A stretch of 60,254 nt of DNA, the filler included, from Porpidia crustulata (lineage: Eukaryota): assembly GCA_964255105.1 (NCBI GenBank). It is 5 parts of 5 records of this genome, joined end to end, with 100 filler letters (N's around TTAATTAATTAA, not from the genome) between each part and the next. Parts side by side here need not be neighbours in the genome. Positions count along the whole stretch, not along the records: positions 48,295 to 60,254 come from CAXUWE010000582.1; 4 more parts are not named here. The stretch is one strand, 5' to 3'. Shown in pieces: positions 51,201 through 60,254 of the stretch (within the stretch, counting starts at the first letter, position 1; every line of letters starts with the position of its first letter). A program made the translations under genes and the position numbers. The notes beneath the pieces are model-generated. The model worked only from the letters and a program-made list of their open reading frames with translations. It did not search any database and was not told where the DNA came from.

Positions 51201-53174
51201 CCTAGAGCTTTCGGCAGGATCGGTCTCAGTGTTTGGGGGATCGCTATGCCAACTAAAAGTAGACTGAGGTACTTGTAAATGCCGCTCATCGTCTTGAATT
51301 ATAGGTGTAATTGTAGTCTCGATGTCATCATTTCGGCTAGCATCCATTTCGAGATATTGAGGAACACGGTCATTAGCGTTATTTTGCACATCTACAGTGT
51401 CTGTAGCGACCCTCGCGTTATTGATGTCTTCCACTACACTTATTGCTGTGCCATCATTTTGATACACAGCCATGCCTTGGTCAGTGTCTTGGGCGTTACC
51501 CGAATTAACGAGGTACTCAGGCTCATCTTGTCTTTCCTGAGACCGCTCTATCAACTCGGGGTCTTGATTGTGTCCGATATTGACCGGAGTTTCCTCCAAT
51601 CGCCTCATAGCTGCGACAATCCAGCTGAGTTCGTCACTGCGACCTTCTTCCTCAATGATCTTGAGAACCTCGCTGGGTTTCTTTTCAGCGCGGTCCCATA
51701 GTTCCATGAAAACTTTCACGCCAGGCCAGTTACTGTGTCCCGCAGCTCGGGACTGCTCATCAATCGTCCGCCTTATCGCCGTAACTCTATCCAATGTATC
51801 CTTGGTTGGCATACCTGGTCGTTGTTGAGACGTCAAGCCTATTTCTTGGGTATTACCCAAGATGTTGTTATCAGAGTCCTCATTAGGTCCGAATATGGAC
51901 TCAAACGGCGATTCAGCTTCAGGGCCAGGTTCAGTTGTGTTTTCGCTTTCTTGCGGACCCGTCACGGCGGTATCGAGTGTGTGAGTCGCCCGCCTTGCTC
52001 TCGGCCTTGCTATCACCCTGGCTTGTCCTGGGTGTTCAGGCATCTGAGCGACTTCGTTCTCATCTCCTTCTGGCGCGTCATCTTGGTCTCCCCCACGCAG
52101 CCGCTGCTCCGCATGCTGGCGAGCGAGCTGTTGTAACATTGGTACTTCCTCCGCTTGCCCAGCCACTGCAGCATCAGCTGGGGCACCTGCTCCAATGTTC
52201 ATACCTGGTTGCTGCTGCACTACCCATTCACGGATCAGGAATATAAGAATAGATGAAATGACAACCATCAAAGTGATTAACTGTCCCTCGAGAGTGTCTA
52301 TTAGAATATTATTCAAAGTAGGTGAGCGTGTTAAAGACTTCAGAAGGGTAAAGTCAGAAAGCCAAGATGAGCGGCGGGTAGCCACAGCCATCACTGTAGA
52401 GTTTACATTCGAGGGTGATGGCAGCGCTTCGTTTGTGCTATAAATGCTAAAACCTTGAAGGAAGCGCTTAAAGAATTTTAGCAAAGACGGTTCGCTCATG
52501 TTTTGGCGAGAGCCTGCGGGGGAGAACATTTGAGGTAGAGCCTTGGCCATATGAGATACCACAGCTGAAGCTGCGATATTTCTTGACTGGGAAAACCCCT
52601 GGTTGGCAGGTGTTGTGCCTTCCTTGGCAAGCTTTTCTAATTCTTGGACGGCCAAGAAAGAACGTCTCTGGGTTTCTTGCCAGTTGATCCAGCCGCCATC
52701 GCCTATCCAGAAAAGCCCCCTGAATATTGTACGCATACACCACGGAAGCCATGCTACCCATACGAAGAATACCAGGAGGAAGCGGGACCAAGTCAGGAAT
52801 GACTTCCACGAGTGAACTGCAGCCTGCCGGAGGAAAACCGGGAGAGGGACTCTGCTTGGCATGTGTGGGTGATAGAGTTTCGTGAATCGAAAGGGCGTTT
52901 TACAAAGTTCGCAATGCTTCTTTTGAGAATGTGAAAGCCATTCCATCAAGCAATTCTGATGAACAAACTTTATGCTCCCACTGCATTTGCATGGGTAAAA
53001 CAAAGGTTCCTCTACCGAACCTTCTGCCCTGCATATCCTGCAAGTGTCTGATTCATCCACACTCTTTCGCTTGCCTTTCGAGTTCGTGTCGAATGCTGGA
53101 TCATTCATAACGTCTGGCGCTCCTGGCTGAGCCCGCGAGCTCTCAGCACTTGCCGTATCGTTGGCTGGATCCAT
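48295..53174 (-). CDS. DOA10: ERAD E3 ubiquitin ligase Doa10/Ssm4 (MARCH6-like), 3' end truncated
   Basis: N-terminal RING-CH CRICR...LFYPCKCSGSIKFVHQNCLMEWL...CELCK, IFLIREWVVQQ, DLEGIMELVGMQGP and TD domain IEMIVFPLYCG...HWFVGTCYMFHFA...GVL|YFIRDPDDP. Intron 49468-49516. Confidence 0.95.
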
Positions 53175-54009
53175 ATCGTCGACTCAGACCGACACAAAGC
53201 TGTGAAACCAGGAGACCTCTTGAAGTATTGGAAGTTCGACGAAGCTGGAAGACGGTGACAGTTTTCATCTCACCCCCATAGACGTGGGTGATCCCTCGTC
53301 ATTGAAAGGTGGATATCTCACCTGTCCAACACAGAGTATCAAGCATAAGATTGGAATGTATTGATCTTGTGGAGTTAGTAGTGATTGTATGTCATGTAGG
53401 AAGGGTTCACGAGTGAAGATATGGAAGACGTGTACGGTTGTAACAATTAGTGATTGATGCGGTTTGATAGGGATAGGACAATGATGAAAGCTTAAATCCG
53501 AGCGTGTCTCTTCGCGTCGCACCCACTGTCCAATTCATGACACCGAACCTACAATACGGTGCATTCGGATAAGGGGAATAGGTAGTCAAAGTAGCAGATG
53601 AACACTCTAATGACTCCGTGAATCTCTAGAAAGTACAGTGTCGAAAGGAGCTTCTCTAGTCCTCCACAAACTGTCTTTCTGATGAGCACACGACCCCCGG
53701 CTACTCTATCTATCATCTCCGTTCCAAGGAAATCTTGTTATCAGACCGACAGGCTCAAACCGTAATTTTCCCCAATTTCCTTCCCACCTCGGATTCTTTC
53801 CTTGAAATTTCAGAACCGTAGCAGCCATTCGCAGCTCTTACACCTTGTCGCCATTCTCGGATGCCCGATCACTTCCGTGAAGAGCTCCAACCGTATCCTC
53901 GAGGATCGTGCCACAACCTCGGTCAATCCATTTACTCTCACAAGATACAATCTCTGTCAAGCTGAAGCAACCTACTGATACTTGCGCCATTTCTTTCAAG
54001 AGTACTGCC

Positions 54010-57000
54010 ATGGCAGTGGAGGCGAATGGGCGGGCGAAGGAGCCGCCGAAAGCCAACGGAAGCCCAAACGGTCAGATTGTCCCGAAACGAGGACATTCAA
54101 GCCGGAAAACTACAGCACAGCCGAGCTTCGCCAAATGGAGCTTCAGCTTAGTTTCCAGGTATGGAACGGGTGCTTTCTGCAATCCACTAGGTTGTGCTAA
54201 TCTTTTAATATGGTTGTAGACTACTTGTGTGGTACACCGTCATTACTGCCCTTTTTCGCTGCCCTTCATCGGAAGTTGAGCTTACTGACGACTCTCCAAA
54301 AATATGCAAGCCTTACTTTACTGTCAGAACAAGGGTTGATCCCTACCTAAGACCCTACTACCATACTTATGCGGTACCTTACGTTGATACCGCAAGTCCA
54401 TACGTCCAAAAGTTCGATGAACGTGTTTTCACGCCTTCATACGAATTCAGTAAGAAGAGCTACGAGACGTACGGGGCCCCGCAGGTCGAAAAAGCACGCG
54501 AATATGGCCAAGTTCAATGGGTGAAGGTTGTAAAGCCACAACTGGATGCTTCTCAAGCTCAAGTCAAGAGGCAATATGATGTGTCCCTGGCTCCTCGTGT
54601 CGAAAAAGTGTCCGCAGCAATCGCGCCGCATTATACTGCCAGCAAAGAAAAACTATTGGATGTTTACGATACGTATTTATTACCAGCTTACGCAACGGCC
54701 CGTCCTTATGTTGAGAAGACCTACGTCACGTGCCGTAAAATCGCAGTCGATGATGCGCTTCCGTATGTGCAATCGGGCTGGGCTTCTACCGTCATCTTCA
54801 TTGACCGAACGTTATGGCCTAAGCTTAGGATATTGTACGGCCAAAATGTTGAGCCTCAGCTTGTCCGGATCGGGGAGAGACTTGGCAGATATAGAGACGG
54901 TAAAAAGCTTAAAGCCGCCGTAGAAGAAGTCGACATGTCGTCCACATCCTCGTCGGTCTCGTCCAGCATATCATCAGTATCGTCTTCTATTGTTTCTGCA
55001 CACACGGGTACCATGACAGAACCTAGTTCTACGGCCGAAGCGGCAGCGCCGAGCGCTTCTTCTTCCATGCCGCCAGAACAGGAAGCTGAGCAAGTGCAAG
55101 AGAAAATTACAAGTGATTTAAGGAATTGGCAAAATAAGTTTGCAAAAGCTGCTGATAAAGGGAGTGAAGATCTACAGGAGCGTGTACAAGAAATCAGTGA
55201 CCGCCAGATTGAAAGCCAGGTAGGTGGAGTTGGCGAGGCTTTGGTTGTCCAGCTTGAGGAGACGACTAAATCAGAGCTCGCGAAGTTGAAGAAATCCATC
55301 AACAAATTAGTCAGATTATTGCCTGGTGATGTAGATGGCTCCGATACTCAAAAGGCGGAGGAAGAACTTTCTAAAGCGACTAGAAATGCAGGTTTGGCTG
55401 TTAGGAACAAAGCTCAAGCATTGAGAGCTTGGAAGCAAAATTTTGACCTGGAAACTCAATCGTTAATCTCTGCTGCGGCAGAATCGACGCTTGATGTACT
55501 TGACTCTATTCGGGACCTCGGGCTTCAGGAGATAGGTATGCGTTGGGCCTACTTGGATGGAGTAACGTACAAAGACTGGGCCAGATATCATGGAATGAAA
55601 GAGACATTTGATGAATGGCGTGTCGAAGTTGAAGCCGTTGCAAAAGATCATGTAGGTCTTCAAAAGTCAAAAGTAAAGAGCGAAGAAGTAGAGTCGAGAG
55701 GCATGTCCGTTGCGGAAGAAGCCGCAAAGGAGCTCGCAAGGCTAAAGGAAGTCGGTAAATGGAAGATACAAGCCAAAGACGATGGCGATGATTTCAGCAC
55801 TAAGTACATGTCCGCGGCGGTGGCAGCTGCTGCTCAGAAGATGGTTGACAAAGCAAAGTCAGCCAGTAAGCATGTCATAGGTACGTCACAGGGCAGCGTG
55901 GAATCCGTTGTTTCTGAGGTCACGCCAAAAGCTGCTCAAGCCGCTTCAAGCGCCTCGACCCAGGTTCTTGGTTCGGAGCCGGGGAAAGTTGAACAAGCCG
56001 GTTCCAGAATCTTACAAGCAGGCAAGGTCGCTTCGGAAAAAGCGAGCGCTGCTACCGCGGGCACACCAAAGCCTAAAGCAGAGAGCATTGTTTCTGCAGT
56101 TAGTGAGAAGGCCAGTGGAGTAGCCAATCAGGCAAGTGACGCCGTGATCGGTACTTCGGTGCCAGTCCACGAATCCCTTGTCTCAGAAGCCTCCAAGAGC
56201 GTAGGATCAGCTACAGAGAGTGCTTCCAGTATGGCAAGCTCGGCTACCTCCAGCGCATCTTCCATTGCTAGCAGCGCTTCAAGAAAGGTATTCAGCGGCG
56301 CCATGGCACAAAAGGTTGGGGAACGTGAGCCCATACTTGATGATGTTGTCAACGACGACGAGGACATGGTCTACTCAGAGAAACTTCAGTCATTGGTTAA
56401 CCGAGCTGGTGACCAATATGCTGACATCACAAGAGCTGTTGCTGAAGCTCTCCTAAAGGCGACCAGTACCCAAGGAACGGTAGACAGTGCAACTTCTGTG
56501 GCAAATGAACAATATTCGAGTGCCCTCGCAGCAGCTTCCAGTGTACTTTATGGAACCCAGCAGGGCGCCGGCGAGAGTGTTACGAGCATGGCTTCGGACA
56601 AATATGCGTCGGCTGTTTCCGCGTAAGCTTGAATACTTCTGAAAATGGATAGTTGACTAATTTATGCCAGTGCATCTTCAATCCTGTACGGTACACCAGC
56701 GCCGCTTACTGAATCCGCCGCCGCTGCAGCATCATCTATATATGCCAATGCCGCGAGTCGAGCGCAAGTACAGTACTCACACGCGAAATCAATTGCCTCT
56801 CAACAGATGTCAGGAACATCTAAGCCCGTTCACGAAGAAATGTTTTCATCAATCGAACATGCTTATTCTGGATCGTTAGAAGCAGCCAGTAAACGTCTAC
56901 AGGCTGCACTGGGCGCTGCATCAACCGCAGCATACGGCACTCCATTGAGTCCACAACAGTCGCTGTTGTCGGCTGCGAATGAGAAGTACTCCCTGGCCAT

Positions 57001-58825
57001 GGCGGCCGCATCGTCTCAATATGATTCGGCCAAAAGCGCCGTTGGTAGCAGCTCCACCCCAGGTTACGAGTCTGTCTTGTCAGAGGCAGGTCAACGGTAT
57101 TCCAGTATCATCAGTGCTGCGAGTTCAGCGCATGTATCTGCGACAAAAGCTGTGGCCAATGCCTATTATGGCCCTAGTCAGGGCGTTCTAGACTCCATAT
57201 CTGCCATGGCTTCTTCGCGTCTCGCGGACAGTTTGAGTATCGCTTCGGCCCAATACTCCAGCATCAAGACTGCTGTTGGCGCAACACCAACGCCAATGCA
57301 CCAACAGTACATCATGGACGGACAACGGAGATACTATGAAGCCATCGGCTTGGCGCATGAACGATACTCGGATTTTGTGACTGCTGCTTCAAGTGCCGTT
57401 TATGGTACCCCAACACCGGTGTATCAAAGCCTGTACAATGCTGCATCTGGATCTGTCTACGGTACTCCGGTGCCTGCCTACCAGAGTCTTTTGCACGCTG
57501 CGCAAGAACAATATAGCAGTGCAGCCGGTCAGGCCTCGAACAAGCTTCGAGGCGTCCTTGATTCTGCCAGTTCTGCTGTAGGCAGGCCGAGCAGCTCTTC
57601 CGCCAAATCCATGCTAGATTCCGCTTCATCTCAATACAGTTCCGCCCTATCTTTAGCATCAGTGTCACTATCGTCCTTGTCAGCCGCTGCAAGCGTTCAA
57701 ATTTATGGAACGCAAGCGGGGGAGATGGAGAGCGTTGCTTCTGTGATATCTGAAAAGGCAGAGTCCATCTCTTCCGCCGCCAGTACCGCAGTAATCGGAT
57801 CCGAAACTCCTTGGACCGAATCTATTGTGAGCCAGGCCTCGGAAAATTGGGAAGCTCTCGTCTCCAGAGCTAGCGAACAAGTCTACGGAGCTCCGACCCC
57901 ATTCTCTCAATCTGTCATGTCACAAGCAAATGACTATGCTGCTCAAGCTACGGCAGCTGCAGGAGCAAAATACGAAGCGGTGCAAGCCCTATTCTCAGAG
58001 CTCGTCAATGGCAAAGAACCCGATTTCACTGAGAGTGTTATGCGTCGTCTGAGTTCTGCTTACCACACCGGTGCTCACGCAAGCATGGCATCATCCGCTT
58101 CCAGCTTTGCTTCCAACGCCGCTTCCTCAGCATCAAGCTATGCCGGTGACGCCTACGCATCCGCCAGTTCGGTCGTCTCCTCCATCTTTACACCCCCAGC
58201 CACCGTCGAAGCCATCATCGATGCTGCCAGCGAGCGTGTGAATGCCGCTGTCGAGGCGGCTAGCATACAATACTTTGGCACCTCCAAGGGAACCTACGAA
58301 AAGGCAACCTCTGCAGCCGCAAGTTCCTATTCCTCCGTGCAATCTGTTGCAAGCGAGGCCGTCTATGGTTCCGACCCTGGTTACTATGCCAGCCTCCAGA
58401 AGTCCCTCAACGCCGTTGCCACAGATGCTCAAGCCGCAATCTCGATGGCCATCTATGGCACGCCTACTCCAACCGCCGCCACTGCATCCGTGTCCAGCGC
58501 AGCCGGCAAGGCCTATGCCTCCGTCTCATCGGCGGTCAAGGAAAACCTTTCCGCTGCCAGTTCGATCATGGATGCCACCCAAGCGCGTATCAGCGAGGCC
58601 GTGTACGGGCCCGAAGAGAAGGCCGTCGAGAGCGCATCCAGACGGCTGGCGGAAGTAGTCGAGAGCGCGAGAGCGAGGATGGCCGGGTGGGGAGAAGGCG
58701 TGCAGGAGGTAGTCGAGGATGTCACGAAAACTGTCATCAGTGCAGCGTCCGATGTGACGAAGAGCGTGGAGAGCGTGGTGTCGGCCGCGAGCGCCAAGGC
58801 GAGTTCGATCAAGGATGAGTTGTGA
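54010..58825 (+). CDS. Large (~1570 aa) ER-type protein: N-terminal membrane anchor, coiled coil, Ser/Ala-rich YGT repeats and C-terminal KDEL (the fungal family often auto-labelled 'transcription factor hoxa13')
   Basis: Exons 54010-54158, 54220-56622 and 56671-58825 splice in frame; RLLVWYTVITALFRCP, LYGQNVEPQLVRIGERLGRY, DLGLQEIGMRWAYLDGVTYKDWARYH; ends IKDEL*. Confidence 0.85.
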
Positions 58826-59449
58826 AGAGGCGACATGAGGGTTTTTGGATGCGAGATTATTGCAAGTTGGGAGGGAGAAGGCAGCACCGCTTGATGTGTG
58901 TTTTGTAATGAAGTGGTCGGAACGAGACGAAGAAAGAAAGACGAGAGGCGGAGCAGCGAGGTGAAGGAGCCAAGACGTGGATCCGAGCGAAGCGACGGTC
59001 GTTTCACGTTCTTCTTTTTTCTTGTTCCAAATGTGTATTTCGAGAGCGAGCGAGGTCTGTCTGGCTTTGCATATACCTATCTGTCTATCCAACTAACTAG
59101 CAGCTTTTAACTTTGTTCATGGTTGTGAGGGTGTTCATGTATGCTTCTGTCGTTTTTGGGAGGCTGAGAGCTAGGTAGCTAGGTAGTGAAATGGTGTGGG
59201 TTATGAGCTTTTTTTTGTAGATTGTTCCTGTTACGACCAAACACCCGATATATCCAGTAGCACATGGGCTAGGTGCAACGACTCCGTATTTCGCCTTTTG
59301 ATGGTGCAGTCGGGGCGGGTGCGCTCCCCCGGGCCCATCAGCTTCCTATAAACCGGGTAAACATGTGCCCTCGGGGGTAGGTCGTAGCGATTTCGAGGGT
59401 GGTTTGTTTGTTAGGGGAGATGTGATGGGGTTGGGTTTCTCTTTAGCTA

Positions 59450-60254
59450 GGCCTCTTCCTCTCCTCCCCCATCCCCTCCGTCCTCTTCCATCTCCTCTCC
59501 TCTCCTTCACTTCTTTTCTCCTTTTCTCTCATCCTTCTTCTTCGTCCCTCGCTTCATTCTTTCTTTCGTTCTCTTCATCTCTTTTTCTTCATTATCTCAA
59601 CCTTTCTTCTTCTCTCCTCTTCTCTTCTCTTCTTCTCTTCTTTCACTCCCTCTCGCGTGTAAATCCTTCGTTAATCGTGAATGCAACAGACGTTCTTCAC
59701 ATTACACGAAAGAGTCGAACGGGTTATGCTCGGTTCGAGGTATCTTTTTGGTGCGGGAGGAATCTCTTCTTGCTTGTTGTCTTTCTTCCTCTTCTCTCTT
59801 TTCTCTTTTCGCTTTTTTCTCTTTTTCTTTCTCTTTCCCCATCTCATGCTCATCCTATTCCCCCTGATATTTCTTTACTTTGTCTTTCATTCTCTTTTTC
59901 ATCTCCTTTATCTGTTAGTTTCTTCGCCTCGTCTCATCTATTCAAGAACCCACAAAAACCGCCATACATGAAATCTAAACTCCCGCTTCCTCCTCGTAAC
60001 TTTCCCCTCATCATTTTCCCCGCGTACCTTTCTCCCCATGGCGTCCTTGCCCGTAATCACGATTTTCTCGGATCCGGGCCGAATCCGGGCCGAAGACGAA
60101 AGCCGGAAGAAAGACGAAAGATGAAAGACAAAAGAAAGAAAGATGAAAGACGAAAGACGAAAGACAAGAAAAACGAAAAGGAAAACAAAAGGAAAACGAG
60201 ATGAGATATAGGATTTAGACAACGGAAAAGACAAAGGCAAAGGCAAAGGCAGAA
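59450..60254. repeat. Low-complexity polypyrimidine tracts followed by a purine-rich tract ending in (GGCAAA)n
   Basis: CT-rich at about 59450-59650 and 59760-59940; GA-rich at about 60090-60254 up to the contig end. Confidence 0.85.

Noticed and set aside
59289..59300. TTTCGCCTTTTG resembling U5 snRNA loop 1
   Set aside because: Lacks the invariant GCCTTTTAC and the closing stem.
59365..60246. 279-aa and overlapping Phe/Leu/Ser- or Lys/Arg-rich ORFs
   Set aside because: Artefacts of stop-poor low-complexity CT/GA sequence.
1..60254. tRNA, rRNA, CRISPR arrays, transposase or reverse transcriptase ORFs, secondary-metabolite clusters
   Set aside because: None seen. GGTTCGA hits lack cloverleaf context, and most remaining short ORFs overlap real genes in other frames.

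Overview
Fungal genomic DNA from a filamentous ascomycete (Pezizomycotina-type genes with short GT-AG introns). The window is not one locus: it is five unlinked ~12 kb contigs (11991, 11972, 11967, 11964 and 11960 bp) joined by an artificial 100-nt N44-TTAATTAATTAA-N44 linker, so adjacency across linkers means nothing. Contig 1: end of a Fot1/pogo-type transposon, an ABHD11-like hydrolase, RPS1, URC1/urg1, a 4-exon ELF1 missed by the ORF track, UPRTase and WAPL. Contig 2: TBC Rab-GAP, a 6-Cys CFEM GPI protein, a DUF1752 protein and a secreted/membrane protein. Contig 3: FLC/TRP-like channel, GH128 glucanase, PHD-JmjC demethylase and a partial lysine-rich AT-hook-like protein. Contig 4: CTNNBL1 (partial), IQGAP, IMPDH with an intronic C/D snoRNA (snR54-like), and a 5' gene fragment. 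Contig 5: DOA10 (partial), a large Ser/Ala-repeat KDEL protein and a low-complexity end. The content is mostly housekeeping and I found no clearly new biological system. The best leads are the intronic snoRNA, the transposon end beside a perfect palindrome whose half-site recurs near other gene starts, telomere-like promoter motifs, the AT-hook-like basic protein and the URC1-ELF1-UPRT arrangement. All family assignments come from motif recognition, not database searches.
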